From: Bacteroidales bacterium
Lineage (GTDB): Bacteria > Bacteroidota > Bacteroidia > Bacteroidales > WCHB1-69
DNA length: 64,000 nt
NCBI GenBank assembly: GCA_045116675.1
Contig: JBGUMF010000017.1
Location: forward strand, 9,322 to 73,321
Direction: 5' to 3'
Shown: positions 44,406 through 55,272 of the stretch, in pieces
Layout: each line of letters opens with the position of its first letter
Position numbering within the stretch: the first letter of the stretch is position 1
Made by a program: the position numbers and the translations under genes
Notes under the pieces: model-generated
What the model was told of the DNA's origin: nothing
The model's database searches: none
What the model saw: only the letters and a program-made list of their open reading frames with translations

Positions 44406-45464
44406 TCACCCCCGGATTACCTGTGCGGCGGCCATATAGGGTGAGATGCGCTTTTCGCGGATGAGCGGTAGCAGGCGCTCGATTTCACGCGCCTTGTTGG
44501 CATCGGTGTAGAAGTCATTCTGCAAGGTGAAATTAATCCAATTGTAGAAGATGTTGACATTCTGCTCGGTACGGTTTTTCTCGAAATAGCCGTTCTGCTT
44601 GGTCAGTGCTTCGTATTGCTGGATCATGTTCCACACCTTGTCAATGGCGAAGCCTTCGAGGGCGGAGCACACCTCCACGGGGACATCCCATTGGCTTTCG
44701 TTTTTGGGAAACAATTTCAGCGCAGCACGGTATTGGGCCTGCGCACCCACGGCCTTGGCCTTGTTGTCGCCGTCGGCTTTGTTGATGATGAGGCCGTCGG
44801 CCATCTCCATGATGCCGCGCTTGATGCCCTGTAGCTCGTCGCCGGCACCCGCCAGCATGAGGAGCAGGAAGAAGTCCACCATGGATTTGACCACGGTTTC
44901 CGACTGGCCCACACCTACCGTTTCCACCAAGATGACATCAAAGCCGGCGGCTTCGCATAAGATGATGGTCTCGCGGGTTTTGCGGGCCACGCCGCCTAAG
45001 GTGCTGCCCGATGGCGAAGGGCGGATGAAGGCGTCAGGGTCCACCGACAGGGCTTCCATGCGGGTCTTGTCGCCTAAGATGCTGCCCTTGGTGCGCTCGC
45101 TGGAGGGGTCGATGGCGAGCACCGCCAGCTTGTGGCCCATGCCGGTAAGCATCTTGCCGAAGGATTCAATGAAGGTGCTCTTTCCAACTCCCGGCACGCC
45201 GGTGATGCCGATGCGCAGGGAATGGCCGGAGTGGGGGAGACAACGCTCGATAATGGCCTGGGCCATTGACAGATGGTCGGGGTTGGCGCTCTCAATCATG
45301 GTGATGGCTTGGCTGAGGATGACGCGCTCGCCGCGGAGGATGCCCTCCACGTAGTCGTCCACCGACAGCACGCGCCGTTTCCGCCGCACTAAGTGCGGGT
45401 TCACCTGCTCGGGCTGCTCAATGCCGGCCCGCTCCGTCAATGCCGATTGGAAATTGTCTTCCAT
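44406..45464 (-). CDS. meaB: Methylmalonyl-CoA mutase-associated GTPase MeaB/ArgK
   Basis: It has the P-loop [23 protein letters not shown] and INKADGDN. Confidence 0.88.
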   Translation of the reverse strand: MEDNFQSALTERAGIEQPEQVNPHLVRRKRRVLSVDDYVEGILRGERVILSQAITMIESANPDHLSMAQAIIERCLPHSGHSLRIGITGVPGVGKSTFIESFGKMLTGMGHKLAVLAIDPSSERTKGSILGDKTRMEALSVDPDAFIRPSPSGSTLGGVARKTRETIILCEAAGFDVILVETVGVGQSETVVKSMVDFFLLLMLAGAGDELQGIKRGIMEMADGLIINKADGDNKAKAVGAQAQYRAALKLFPKNESQWDVPVEVCSALEGFAIDKVWNMIQQYEALTKQNGYFEKNRTEQNVNIFYNWINFTLQNDFYTDANKAREIERLLPLIREKRISPYMAAAQVIRG

Positions 45465-45470
45465 AATTGC

Positions 45471-47888
45471 TTATTTTCCAAAATTATATGCTACGGCATC
45501 CTTCATGGAGGAGAAGTAGTGGAAACGCATTCCCTCGATGAAGTTCTCCTTGATGTCTTCGATGTCCTTGCGGTTTTCTTCCGACATGACGATGTCGTAA
45601 ATGCCGCTGCGCTTGGCGGCGAGGATTTTCTCCTTGATGCCGCCCACGGGCAGCAGTTTGCCCCGCAGGGTGATCTCGCCGGTCATGGCAATCTTGTCGC
45701 GAAGTGTCTTTTGGGTGAAGGCGGAGATCAGGGCGGTAAGGATGGTGATGCCGGCGGAGGGTCCGTCTTTTGGGGTGGCACCTTCGGGCACGTGCACATG
45801 CACTTTCAGCCGTTCGAAAACGGCTGGGTCGATGCGGAACTCGCGGGCATGGGCCTTGAGGAACTCATAGGCAATGGTGGCCGACTCCTTCATCACGTCG
45901 CCGAGGTTGCCGGTCATGGTGAGCTCGCCCTTGCCGGGGGAGGTTAGCGCCTCCACGAAGAGGATCTCGCCGCCCACGGCGGTCCAGGCCAGACCGGTGG
46001 CCACGCCGGGCACAGTGTTGTCGAAGGCCTTCTCCAGCTGGAAGATGGGTGATCCGAGCATCTCTTTGAGGTCGCCGGAATTGACTTTTTTCTCAATAGT
46101 GCCTTCCTGCACCAGCTGGGCGGCACGCTTGCGGATGATCTTCGCCACGGTACGCTCCAGGGTACGCACGCCCGACTCCCGCGTGTATTCGCTGATGATG
46201 TGCTCTACGGTCTTGTCGGGGATCTGAAGCTGCTTCTTGTCCAAACCGTTCTCCTTGAGCTGCTTGGGGATAAGATGATGCTTGGCGATTTGGAGCTTTT
46301 CCTCGGCCAGGTATCCGGGTATCTCGATGATCTCCATACGGTCGCGGAGGGCCGGATGTACGTTTCCGATGTCGTTGGCGGTGGCAATGAAGAGCACCCT
46401 CGAAAGGTCAAAGGAGGTCTCCAAGTAGTTGTCGTAGAAAGCGTTGTTCTGTTCGGGGTCCATCACCTCTAATAAAGCCGCCGAAGGGTCGCCTTGCACA
46501 TTCATGCCCGTAATCTTGTCGATTTCGTCCAGCACGAAGACAGGGTTGGCGAAGCCGGCCTTGCGCATGTTCTGGATGATACGGCCGGGCATGGCTCCGA
46601 TGTAGGTCTTGCGGTGCCCGCGGATTTCCGATTCGTCACGCAAACCGCCTAAGGAGACGCGCACATACTTGCGGCCGAGGGCGGCGGCGATGGACTTGCC
46701 TAAGGATGTCTTGCCCACGCCCGGAGGTCCGGCCAGACAGAGAATCGGCGATTTCATGTCGCCCTTCAGTTTCAGCACGGCCAAATACTCGATGATGCGC
46801 TCCTTGACCTTGTCCAGACCGTAATGGTCATGGTCAAGGGTCTTGCGGGCCTTGGCCAGGTCGAAGTTGTCTTTGCTGTATTCGTTCCAGGGCAGGTCCA
46901 CCAACAGCTCCAGGTAGTTGAGCTGCACGGAGTAATCAGGAGCCATGGAGTTGGTGCGTTGCAGTTTTTCTAGTTCTTTGTTGAAAAGGTCGGCGGTTTC
47001 CTTGTTCCATTTTTTCTTGGCGGCACGCTCCTTCAGGGAGGCATAGTCCTTTTCGGATGGTGACCCGCCTAACTCCTCTTGTATGGTCTTTATCTGCTGG
47101 TTCAGGAAATATTCGCGTTGCTGTTTGTCCAGTTCCTGTCGCGATTTGTCCTGGATTTGGTTTTTCAGTTCGATAATCTGGAGGTCGCGGTGCAGCAGTT
47201 TGAGGATCTGCTTGGCACTATCCACGATGTCGTTGTTCTCCAGAATCTGCTGTTTCTCATCTACGGAGACGGAGAGGTTGGAGGCCAGGAAGTTGAGCAG
47301 GAAAACATGGCTTTCGATATTCTTGAGGGCGAAAGAGGCCTCGCGGGGGAGGTTGGGCGACAGCTTCATCATGCGGGTGGCCGTGTCCTTAATGGTGGAA
47401 ATCAGAGCTTTGAAGTTCCGATGTTCGGTAATTCGTTTGTCGAAGTCGTTGGAGTTGAAGGGGATGGCGGAGCATTTGAAGTAGGGCTCGGTCTGGGTGA
47501 GGTCTTGGATGATGAAGCGGCGCACGCCCTGCACGATGATGGTCACGCCGCCGTCGGGCATGGTGATGTATTTGAGGATGTGTGCCATCGTGCCCACGCG
47601 GTAAAGGTCGTCGAGGGTGGGCTCTTCCACCTCGTTGGTGCGTTGGGCCACCACGCCGATAGGCTCGGAGGTGCGGGAGTAGTCCTGCGCCAGCCGGATG
47701 GACTTGGTGCGTCCCACGTTGATGGGGATAACCATACCGGGAAAGAGGAGGGTATTACGGAGAGGCAGCAGGGCAATCTCCTCGGGAATATCCTCCTGAC
47801 GAAGTTTGATTTCGTCGTCAAGAGAGAATAACGGGATGAAGTTCGCCTCGTTGCCCATAAATTCTTCAAGCAGTGATATGTCTTTCAT
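45471..47888 (-). CDS. lon: ATP-dependent Lon protease (LonA)
   Basis: It has the LON N-domain, the AAA+ Walker A (GPPGVGKTS), and the protease Ser motif ([11 protein letters not shown]). Confidence 0.95.
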   Translation of the reverse strand: MKDISLLEEFMGNEANFIPLFSLDDEIKLRQEDIPEEIALLPLRNTLLFPGMVIPINVGRTKSIRLAQDYSRTSEPIGVVAQRTNEVEEPTLDDLYRVGTMAHILKYITMPDGGVTIIVQGVRRFIIQDLTQTEPYFKCSAIPFNSNDFDKRITEHRNFKALISTIKDTATRMMKLSPNLPREASFALKNIESHVFLLNFLASNLSVSVDEKQQILENNDIVDSAKQILKLLHRDLQIIELKNQIQDKSRQELDKQQREYFLNQQIKTIQEELGGSPSEKDYASLKERAAKKKWNKETADLFNKELEKLQRTNSMAPDYSVQLNYLELLVDLPWNEYSKDNFDLAKARKTLDHDHYGLDKVKERIIEYLAVLKLKGDMKSPILCLAGPPGVGKTSLGKSIAAALGRKYVRVSLGGLRDESEIRGHRKTYIGAMPGRIIQNMRKAGFANPVFVLDEIDKITGMNVQGDPSAALLEVMDPEQNNAFYDNYLETSFDLSRVLFIATANDIGNVHPALRDRMEIIEIPGYLAEEKLQIAKHHLIPKQLKENGLDKKQLQIPDKTVEHIISEYTRESGVRTLERTVAKIIRKRAAQLVQEGTIEKKVNSGDLKEMLGSPIFQLEKAFDNTVPGVATGLAWTAVGGEILFVEALTSPGKGELTMTGNLGDVMKESATIAYEFLKAHAREFRIDPAVFERLKVHVHVPEGATPKDGPSAGITILTALISAFTQKTLRDKIAMTGEITLRGKLLPVGGIKEKILAAKRSGIYDIVMSEENRKDIEDIKENFIEGMRFHYFSSMKDAVAYNFGK

Positions 47889-47905
47889 CTATATTGTGTT
47901 AGAAT

Positions 47906-47943
47906 AAAAAAACTGACCTCTTTTGACAAGCAAAAAAGGTCAG
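47906..47943 (-). terminator. Intrinsic terminator of rpmE2
   Basis: On the minus strand the structure is ctgacct, a 17-nt loop, aggtcag, then T7. Confidence 0.7.
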
Positions 47944-47951
47944 CAAAAGTA
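47944..47951 (-). promoter_or_regulatory. -7 promoter motif (TACTTTTG on the minus strand) for lon
   Basis: The plus strand reads CAAAAGTA, 56 nt upstream of the ATG at 47888. Confidence 0.45.
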
Positions 47952-47968
47952 CAAAAATATTATGGATA

Positions 47969-48238
47969 TTATTTGTTCTTGTTTGTGTCGAGGTGACGGG
48001 CGTATTTGTTGCGGAATTTATCCACACGGCCTGCGGTGTCAACCAATTTCATCTTACCCGTGAAGAAGGGGTGAGATGTGTTAGAAATCTCTAATTTTAC
48101 CAGCGGATATTCATTTCCGTCTTCCCACTGAATCGTGTCTTTTGTAGCAACGGTGGACTTGGTCAAGAAAGCGTAATCGTTTGACATGTCCTTAAATACG
48201 ACCGTTCTATACTCTTTTGGATGGATACCTTTTTTCAT
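47969..48238 (-). CDS. rpmE2: 50S ribosomal protein L31, type B
   Basis: It begins [10 protein letters not shown] and contains SHPFFTGK. It lacks the CxxC zinc motif, which fits type B. Confidence 0.9.
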   Translation of the reverse strand: MKKGIHPKEYRTVVFKDMSNDYAFLTKSTVATKDTIQWEDGNEYPLVKLEISNTSHPFFTGKMKLVDTAGRVDKFRNKYARHLDTNKNK

Positions 48239-48275
48239 TTTATCTATTGTTTTTGTTGCCTAAAAAATTGGAGTG

Positions 48276-48283
48276 CAAAAATA
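48276..48283 (-). promoter_or_regulatory. -7 promoter motif (TATTTTTG on the minus strand) for rpmE2
   Basis: The plus strand reads CAAAAATA, 38 nt upstream of the ATG at 48238. Confidence 0.5.
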
Positions 48284-48343
48284 CACTTTTTTTGAATTAA
48301 ATCAAGTAGTTGCGTTTTTTTTATTTCCACAGGGAAAAAAGGC

Positions 48344-48853
48344 TCAGTTTGTCTTGAATTTATAGGTGTCGATGGCGGCGAGGTCGGCGTTGGCCTTGAC
48401 GATTTTCTGTTTGAGGTTTTCCTTGTGGCGGATCACCTTCTCGCGCATGGCGGGGTCGCCGGTAGCGAGGATCTGCATGGCGAGGATGGCGGCGTTCTGC
48501 GCCCCGTTGATGGCCACGGTGGCCACGGGTATGCCTGGCGGCATCTGCAGCATGGCGAGGGCGGCATCCACCCCCTCCAGCGACGACTTGATGGGCACTC
48601 CGATAACCGGCAGGGGAGTCATGGCGGCGATCACACCCGGCAGATGCGCGGCCATGCCGGCACCCGCGATGATGACCTCCACGCCCCGCGTGTGCGCCTT
48701 CTTGGCATATTCGGCCACCTCGTCGGGCGTGCGGTGCGCCGACAAGGCCAGCACCTCAAAGGGTATTTCGTTGCTCTCCAGGAATTTGAAAGCAGCCTCC
48801 ATGACCGGAAGGTCTGATGTGCTGCCCATGATGATGCTTACTCGTGCGTTCAT
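48344..48853 (-). CDS. purE: 5-(carboxyamino)imidazole ribonucleotide mutase
   Basis: It has VSIIMGSTSDLPVM, SAHRTPD and AGMAAHLPGV. The start could instead be the ATG at 48898; the listed 48916 is a GTG. Confidence 0.88.
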   Translation of the reverse strand: MNARVSIIMGSTSDLPVMEAAFKFLESNEIPFEVLALSAHRTPDEVAEYAKKAHTRGVEVIIAGAGMAAHLPGVIAAMTPLPVIGVPIKSSLEGVDAALAMLQMPPGIPVATVAINGAQNAAILAMQILATGDPAMREKVIRHKENLKQKIVKANADLAAIDTYKFKTN

Positions 48854-48965
48854 ATCTGTGCTTTTTACGTGTGTGATTTGTTCGTTCTTTTTTGGCATAA
48901 CTTTTGCCAAAAGCACCCGTTAATCGGGCCTGCAAAGATAATATTAAAAAACGGAAATTTAATCG

Positions 48966-48973
48966 TATCTTTG
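48966..48973 (+). promoter_or_regulatory. -7 promoter motif TATCTTTG for prfA
   Basis: It lies 26 nt upstream of the ATG at 48999. The divergent purE motif (plus strand CAAAGATA) is at 48933-48940. Confidence 0.55.
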
Positions 48974-48998
48974 CCGCCGAATTTAGAAAGGACTTTTT

Positions 48999-50078
48999 AT
49001 GAACGATTTACTTGGAAAATTGGAACTTATCTACCAACGTTGGCTGCAGATTGGCGAGGATATCACCAAACCCGATGCCATGTCGGATATGAAGAAGTTT
49101 ATCAAGATGAGCAAGGACTATAAGGACTTGCAGGCGGTGGTGGATGCATATAAGAAATACAAGGATGTGATTGGCAATATTGCCAACGCCAAGGAGATAT
49201 TGGCCAATGAGAAGGATGAAGAATTCCGCGAGATGGCCAAGCTGGAGCTGGACACGTTCCAGGCTGAGAAGGACCAGTTGGAAGAGGACATCCGTTTCCT
49301 GCTGCTGCCTTCCGACCCGCAGGACAGCAAGAATGCCCAGATGGAGATCCGCGCCGGCACCGGTGGCGACGAGGCCAGCATCTTCGCCGGCGACCTTTTC
49401 CGTATGTATCAGCATTATTGTGACAAGAAAGGCTGGAAGATAGAGGTCCTTTCCATGACGGAAGGCACGGTGGGCGGTTACAAGGAGATTGACTTTGCCG
49501 TGAATGGTGAGGGCGTGTATGGCATCATGAAGTATGAATCCGGCGTGCACCGCGTGCAGCGTGTGCCGCAGACGGAATCGCAGGGCCGCGTGCACACATC
49601 CGCCGCTTCTGTGGTGGTGCTGCCCGAGGCCGATGAGTTTGATGTGGATCTGAAACAGAGCGACATCAAGAAGGAGACGTTCTGCGCTTCTGGTCCTGGC
49701 GGCCAGTGCGTCAACACGACCTATTCCGCCGTGCGCCTCACCCACATCCCCACGGGCATCGTGGTCTCCATCCAGGATGAGAAATCCCAAATCAAGAACC
49801 TCGAAAAGGCTATGCGCGTGCTGCGTACCCGTCTTTTTGAAATGGAATACAAAAAATACCTGGACGAAATCGCTTCCAAACGGAAGACAATGGTCTCCAC
49901 CGGCGACCGTTCCGCCAAGATCCGCACCTACAACTATCCGCAAAACCGCGTGACTGACCACCGCATCAATTTCACGATGTACAATCTGGCCAATTTCATG
50001 AACGGCGATATCGAGGAGGTGCTGCAAGCCCTGCAGGTGGCCGAGAATGCCGAACGCCTGAAGGAGGCGGTGGAATAA
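48999..50078 (+). CDS. prfA: Peptide chain release factor 1
   Basis: It has the GGQ motif (SGPGGQCVNTT) and an RF1-type tripeptide region (RVPQTESQGRVHTS). Confidence 0.93.
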   Translation: MNDLLGKLELIYQRWLQIGEDITKPDAMSDMKKFIKMSKDYKDLQAVVDAYKKYKDVIGNIANAKEILANEKDEEFREMAKLELDTFQAEKDQLEEDIRFLLLPSDPQDSKNAQMEIRAGTGGDEASIFAGDLFRMYQHYCDKKGWKIEVLSMTEGTVGGYKEIDFAVNGEGVYGIMKYESGVHRVQRVPQTESQGRVHTSAASVVVLPEADEFDVDLKQSDIKKETFCASGPGGQCVNTTYSAVRLTHIPTGIVVSIQDEKSQIKNLEKAMRVLRTRLFEMEYKKYLDEIASKRKTMVSTGDRSAKIRTYNYPQNRVTDHRINFTMYNLANFMNGDIEEVLQALQVAENAERLKEAVE

Positions 50079-50094
50079 TCCGGATACCTATTTA

Positions 50095-53000
50095 TTATAT
50101 ATAAAGCAATTTCCCTTCCACTTTCGGATACCCCATCTCACGTAGCAAGGCGCAGTATCCGTCTATCTGCTTTTGGTACTGCTCGTGCGGCTGGCCTGTC
50201 TTGTAGTCGATGACCATCACCTTGTCAGGCAAGAACACTACACGGTCGGGACGGTGCTGGTTGCCTTGGCTGTCCAGAATGGTGATTTCGTTGCGCACGT
50301 CCGCGCCGGGCGCGAAGCATGGCCGCAGGGTGTCATCTTCCAGAATGTGCTGCAAAACAGTCCGCAGGCGTTCCTTCCGCACGGGTTCCACATGGGAGAT
50401 GAAAGTGTCGATTTCCGCCATGGAGGTGGGAAACACGTCCAATCCGGACAAGAAATCATGGACAAAGGTCCCTTCCACCCTCGGGTCGTCCTCGGACAAA
50501 GTCTCCTGACTTTCAAAACGGAGCGTGTCGATGGAGAAATCGGACAAGACAACTTTAGGGATGATATTTTCCTGGTCCTTTTTATCCGTTTCTTTCTTAT
50601 TTTTCTTCTTCCAACCCCGGTCTCCGAAGTAGTAGAACTGTTTGTCTTCCGTGTCCTGCTCAAAAAGCAGTCCGCCGTCCGGATGGTTCTCATTGTTGCA
50701 GAAGGAGAGCAGATGGTCGCCGTAGCCGCTCCCGCTTGTTTTGCTGTGTTTGGTGATGATATACAACATTTCGCTGGCACGCGTATGGGCCACATACAGC
50801 AGATTCAGGGAATCCATGCCACGGCTTTCACTTTCATCCAAATATTGCTGCTCGTAGGAAGAACCCATGCAGCCCTTTTCGCTCAATTCAATATAGGCGA
50901 CTTCTGAGTCTGAGATTTTTGTCCAGATGGGTTTCAGTTTGTTGGCAGAAGATGTGTAGGGCAGGATGACAACCGGGTATTCCAACCCTTTGGATTTATG
51001 GATAGTGCTGACAGTGATGGCGTTATATTTTCCAGTGAGCTTTATGGCGGGTTTGCTCTTGGTGTCGTTGACCATCTGCCACCAGCTCAAGAATGCGGTG
51101 ATCTCGCCGGTGTGGGTTTTCAGATAGTTGAGAACCACATTTTCAAAGCTGACAACAAAAGGGCTTTGTAGCTTGTCCAATCCGTAGAATCCGATAATCT
51201 CCCGAATGAGGATCCAGAAAGGCTGTGACCGCCACTCTTCACAAGGTATCTGGAGCCCGAATTTCTGTTTCAACAGGTCCTGGAAATTGGAGTCGGCGTG
51301 TAGTGCGAACAGGATTTCTTCCATGCTCTTTTCACGAAGATGGATGCGGGATAGAAAATGGAGGATGGTCGCCTGAGCCAGCAGGTCTTTCGGACGAATC
51401 AGATGGCGGAGGGTTTGGATGATGAGGTTCACCTCTGCGGATGTGTTGAGTGTCAGGGCTTTTTCGGTGATGACATGCCAGCCCTGTTTCAACATGAGGT
51501 TGCTCATGCGGGCGCAGCTGTCGTTGCCGGAATAGAGCACGGCGATGTCGCCCTCCTCATACCCGCGCATCAGCGCATCCTTGACGGCAAAGAGCACCTC
51601 CGCATCCGGCACCGTGATGTCCGGATCCTCTTTTATGGCTTGTATGAAATCGTTTCCGGGTTGGAAATGGGTACGGGAGGCGAGGCTCTTTTTGTCGATA
51701 TTGGAAGTTCCTATATACACTTGCACCAAACCCGGCTCTTTTTTCACGATATCCTGCTCCAATCCGGAGGCGTAATACTTGTCCAGGTTTTTGGCTTGGG
51801 AATAATATTTGAAAAACAGGTTGTTGAAAGTGACCACCGAGGCGAGGGAACGGAAATTCTTCTGAAGCGGCTCGGAATGGTAAGTCTCTTTGGTGACCAT
51901 ACGCAGGTCGGGGTCGGTTTGAAGCCGGTTGAGGTCGGTGAGTTTGTAGAAGAGGTCGGCATCGCCGTTACGGAACCGGTAGATGGCCTGTTTCACGTCC
52001 CCGAAAAGCGACACGTCGCGTCCGTTGGCGAGGGCGTTGTTGATGATGAGAGGCTTCAGGTCGTCCCATTGCATCTGTGATGTGTCCTGAAATTCATCGA
52101 TGAAGAAGTTGTCGAAACGGATGCGGTCGAACAGATATTCATAGCCGCGATTTTGTATCGTCTCGTATATCAATGTGTTGGATTCGTTGAGGATGAAGAA
52201 GTTGTTCTGCTGTTTGATCTCCTCCATTTTTTTCTGCAAATCGGTCAGGAGGGTGAGCTTGTCGGCATTCTTGATTAGGATTTTATAATCCCGATATTGG
52301 CGTACAGGGTCTTTTAGAAGGTCACGAATCCGGTAGAAACAATCTTCTAAGTGCGGGACTACCTCATCCAGAAGAGTGGTTTCATCACTGGTGAGCTTTG
52401 TTTTTTTGAGATAGCCGCCTGTTTTTTTATTCTGGAATTTTTCAAGGCTTTCCAGATAATAGGTGACAGGGTCGTTTAAAACATCTTCAAACCAATGGCT
52501 GAAGGTCGGACTGTTCAGGCTCAGTCCTGCAAGGCGGGCCATCCAGCTGCTGCCTTCCTGGGCTGTCTGGCGGATGCGTTCGCGCAGCTCGTCGGGCGTG
52601 TTCCGAAGCCAGGCGCGAATCTTCGCATTGTTCTCGCGGATGGTGTCGGCGTCCGTATTGCGGAGAATCTGGATGTATTGGTAATTTTTTTCCGCATTGT
52701 CGTAAAGGATGTCCAAGGCGGCCCGCAACTCCCTGTCGATGTTGAGGTTGCCGGTTTCCTCCATGCTGTTGTCCAACAGGGCGAGGATTCGTTTGGCCAG
52801 ATTGGTGGAGGCGGAGAGTTCGTTCAGCAGTTGGTCGATGGCCTCGATGTAAAACTCGTCCATCTCAATCAGGACGGAGTAGGTGAGGCTGAGTTTGAGG
52901 CTGATGGCCGAGGAACGGATAACCCGTTGGAAGAAGCTGTCGATGGTGGAGATGGTGAAGCGTGCGTAGTCGTACAGGATGCGCTGGAGCAGCTCTTTGG

Positions 53001-53340
53001 ATTCCCGCTGCATGAAACGGGCAAGCACATCCGGGTCGGGCTGGTTTGTGCCGAAGAGCTTTGCCACGACCATATTATAGATGGCTTTGGCACCGCCTCC
53101 GATTTTATCGGCCGGTTCAAAGGCGAAGGCGGTCAGCGTGCGCACGATGCGGTCCTTCATCTCCCCGGCAGCGTTGTTGGTGAAGGTGATACCCAGGATC
53201 TTCTGGAACAAATCCAGATGCAGTTCCGCGCCCGCCTGGCCGATATGCTTGCTGTCGTATCGGAAACAGAGTGTGAGGAAATCGGCCACCAGGCTGGTGG
53301 TCTTGCCGGCACCGGCGGAAGCGGAGTAGGTGGTGAACAT
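50095..53340 (-). CDS. UvrD/AddA-type helicase fused to a C-terminal PD-(D/E)xK nuclease domain
   Basis: It has Walker A (SASAGAGKTT), UvrD-like motifs (IDEFQDTS, VHKSKGLEYPVV) and a C-terminal nuclease motif (RPDRVVF...VIDYKTG). Confidence 0.82.
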   Translation of the reverse strand: MFTTYSASAGAGKTTSLVADFLTLCFRYDSKHIGQAGAELHLDLFQKILGITFTNNAAGEMKDRIVRTLTAFAFEPADKIGGGAKAIYNMVVAKLFGTNQPDPDVLARFMQRESKELLQRILYDYARFTISTIDSFFQRVIRSSAISLKLSLTYSVLIEMDEFYIEAIDQLLNELSASTNLAKRILALLDNSMEETGNLNIDRELRAALDILYDNAEKNYQYIQILRNTDADTIRENNAKIRAWLRNTPDELRERIRQTAQEGSSWMARLAGLSLNSPTFSHWFEDVLNDPVTYYLESLEKFQNKKTGGYLKKTKLTSDETTLLDEVVPHLEDCFYRIRDLLKDPVRQYRDYKILIKNADKLTLLTDLQKKMEEIKQQNNFFILNESNTLIYETIQNRGYEYLFDRIRFDNFFIDEFQDTSQMQWDDLKPLIINNALANGRDVSLFGDVKQAIYRFRNGDADLFYKLTDLNRLQTDPDLRMVTKETYHSEPLQKNFRSLASVVTFNNLFFKYYSQAKNLDKYYASGLEQDIVKKEPGLVQVYIGTSNIDKKSLASRTHFQPGNDFIQAIKEDPDITVPDAEVLFAVKDALMRGYEEGDIAVLYSGNDSCARMSNLMLKQGWHVITEKALTLNTSAEVNLIIQTLRHLIRPKDLLAQATILHFLSRIHLREKSMEEILFALHADSNFQDLLKQKFGLQIPCEEWRSQPFWILIREIIGFYGLDKLQSPFVVSFENVVLNYLKTHTGEITAFLSWWQMVNDTKSKPAIKLTGKYNAITVSTIHKSKGLEYPVVILPYTSSANKLKPIWTKISDSEVAYIELSEKGCMGSSYEQQYLDESESRGMDSLNLLYVAHTRASEMLYIITKHSKTSGSGYGDHLLSFCNNENHPDGGLLFEQDTEDKQFYYFGDRGWKKKNKKETDKKDQENIIPKVVLSDFSIDTLRFESQETLSEDDPRVEGTFVHDFLSGLDVFPTSMAEIDTFISHVEPVRKERLRTVLQHILEDDTLRPCFAPGADVRNEITILDSQGNQHRPDRVVFLPDKVMVIDYKTGQPHEQYQKQIDGYCALLREMGYPKVEGKLLYI

Positions 53341-53343
53341 GGG

Positions 53344-54459
53344 TTATGGTTTACAAGTGATGGTTTGATATACGATGAGGGCGGATGCGAAGGCGAAAAA
53401 CAGGTTGTACCCGCCGCAGATGCCGTCCATATCAAGCATTTCGCCTGTGGCGTAAAGTCCGGGGAAACGTTTCAGCGAAAAATCAGGATTCACCTCCTGC
53501 AGGTCGATGCCGCCGTGGCACACCTGGGCGAAATCAAGGGCGTAGGTGCCGGAAATTTTCAATTTGAAACGGTTGACATCAAAGGCTTTCTGTTCGTAGA
53601 GGGCGTTGAGTTTGGGATGAAGCACGCCTTTCAGCGTGTGGAACCGTTGCCAGTGGGCTTCCGCGTTGAAATTCTCGTCGTGGTAGATGAGGTTGAGTTG
53701 CAGGAAACAGTGTTCTTTGGAGGGAAGACGGTTGTAATAGGCCGACAGGTTCAGGATGACAATGCCGGAGATGCCGTCCTCCTTGAAGGTGACCTCGCCG
53801 GCTTCCCGGTGGATGAGGCGGTCGCCTTGCCATAGTTCGGCAATGACGCGCGTGCGGCAGCCGGCTAAGGATTTCGGATAATCCTCAATGGTGAAGCCCA
53901 CCAAAGAGGGCTCGAACGGATGGATGTTCAAGTGTAGGTCGTCCAAAAAACGGTTGTATTCTTTCCTGTTTTTGGCTATCATGTTGGCTGGGGTTCCGGA
54001 AGCGAACACCACATGGTCGAAGGGCTCCGGAAAGTCGTCAATGTACCATTTGCCGTCCCTGTTTTCCAGATGTTTCACCTTGTGTTCAAGGATGGCGTGG
54101 CAGTTTTGCCGTTCGGGCTCCCACAGGAGGTCCACGACGGTCTGCGAGAACTGGCTGCTGGGATAGACACGCCCCTCTTCATCGGCAGTCATGGTCAGCC
54201 CCATCTGTTCAAATGTTTGGCGGAGCCGTTCGGGTGTGACCTGCTGCAGCAACTGCTGAGCGAATTCGGGATGGTTGTACCCCTCAGGGTCTATATGCTC
54301 GTTGAAGAGGTTGGCTTTGCCCCCGCCGGACGCGCGCAGCTTGGTGCCCACATTGCGGCACCGCTCGAAAACATATACCTGACAGTCGGTATGATCCAAC
54401 AGCTTCCTGGTCAGGAATAGGCCGGAGGCTCCGGCACCGATGATAGCGATGCGGCTCAT
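53344..54459 (-). CDS. HI0933-family FAD-dependent oxidoreductase
   Basis: It has the dinucleotide fold IAIIGAGASGLF and a C-terminal TGEMLDMDGICGGYNL. Confidence 0.8.
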   Translation of the reverse strand: MSRIAIIGAGASGLFLTRKLLDHTDCQVYVFERCRNVGTKLRASGGGKANLFNEHIDPEGYNHPEFAQQLLQQVTPERLRQTFEQMGLTMTADEEGRVYPSSQFSQTVVDLLWEPERQNCHAILEHKVKHLENRDGKWYIDDFPEPFDHVVFASGTPANMIAKNRKEYNRFLDDLHLNIHPFEPSLVGFTIEDYPKSLAGCRTRVIAELWQGDRLIHREAGEVTFKEDGISGIVILNLSAYYNRLPSKEHCFLQLNLIYHDENFNAEAHWQRFHTLKGVLHPKLNALYEQKAFDVNRFKLKISGTYALDFAQVCHGGIDLQEVNPDFSLKRFPGLYATGEMLDMDGICGGYNLFFAFASALIVYQTITCKP

Positions 54460-55268
54460 TCGGGGTTGTCGATTAGGAAGTGTTTGACGGATTGTTGGAA
54501 TTCCGGGAAGAGGTCGGGGCCGGAGGCGATGATCTCACCGCCGAAAAGCCAGTTGTTGCCGCCGGAGAAGTCGGAGACCTGGCCGCCGGCCTGCTGGATG
54601 ATGAAGGCACCCGCCGCCACATCGTAGGGTTTCATGCCGTACTCAAAGTAGCCGTCGCAGCGCCCGCATGCCACGTATGCGAGGTCGGTGGCGGCGGAAC
54701 CTAACCGGCGCAGGCCGTGGGTGTGCTGCATCGTCCAGCGCATGTAGCGCATGAAGGGGTCCAGGATGGAGAAGTCCGAATAGGGGAAGCCTGTGGCCAG
54801 CAGCGAAGCGTCCAGCTTGGAACAGTGGCTGACATGGATGGGGTAGCCGTTCAGATAGGCCTTGCCGTCTTTATAGGCGTAAAAACATTCGTCGCGCCAT
54901 ATCTCATACACCACGCCGATGACGATCTCATCATACTCTTTCAAGGCGATGCTGATGGCGGTGGGCGGCAAGCCGTGGATGAAGTTCGTGGTGCCGTCCA
55001 AAGGGTCCACAATCCAGTTGTACTGCTCTTCCAAACCGCGCTCCGTGTCCTCCTCGGCGATAAAGCCCGCCTCGGGCACCAGCTCCTTGAGCTTGGCTAC
55101 GATGGTTCTCTCGGATTCCTTGTCAAACTGCGTCACATAGTCGTGAACGCCTTTCGCCTTCATCTTGATGCTGGTGAGACTCTGCCGTTCGCTGCAGAGC
55201 CATAAGCCCACGTGGCGGACCAGGGTCACCACCTCTTCGCAGATTTGTTGGTAGTTCAAGTTGTCCAT
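54456..55268 (-). CDS. Inositol monophosphatase family protein (SuhB-like)
   Basis: It has the WIVDPLDGTTNF motif and a C-terminal WD..AG-like region (YDVAAGAFII). Confidence 0.85.
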   Translation of the reverse strand: MDNLNYQQICEEVVTLVRHVGLWLCSERQSLTSIKMKAKGVHDYVTQFDKESERTIVAKLKELVPEAGFIAEEDTERGLEEQYNWIVDPLDGTTNFIHGLPPTAISIALKEYDEIVIGVVYEIWRDECFYAYKDGKAYLNGYPIHVSHCSKLDASLLATGFPYSDFSILDPFMRYMRWTMQHTHGLRRLGSAATDLAYVACGRCDGYFEYGMKPYDVAAGAFIIQQAGGQVSDFSGGNNWLFGGEIIASGPDLFPEFQQSVKHFLIDNPE

Positions 55269-55272
55269 AATG

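Noticed and set aside
49008-50027. 339-aa minus-strand ORF opposite prfA. Similar cases are 57469-58611 (+), 59020-60006 (+), 60331-61122 (+), 62584-63399 (-), 3388-4167 (+) and 3266-4090 (-).
   Set aside because: All are antisense or out of frame relative to genes with diagnostic motifs. They look like GC-driven open frames.
52495-53835. 446-aa + strand ORF spanning the helicase-nuclease/oxidoreductase junction
   Set aside because: It crosses two well-supported minus-strand genes and has low-complexity G/V/A/E content.
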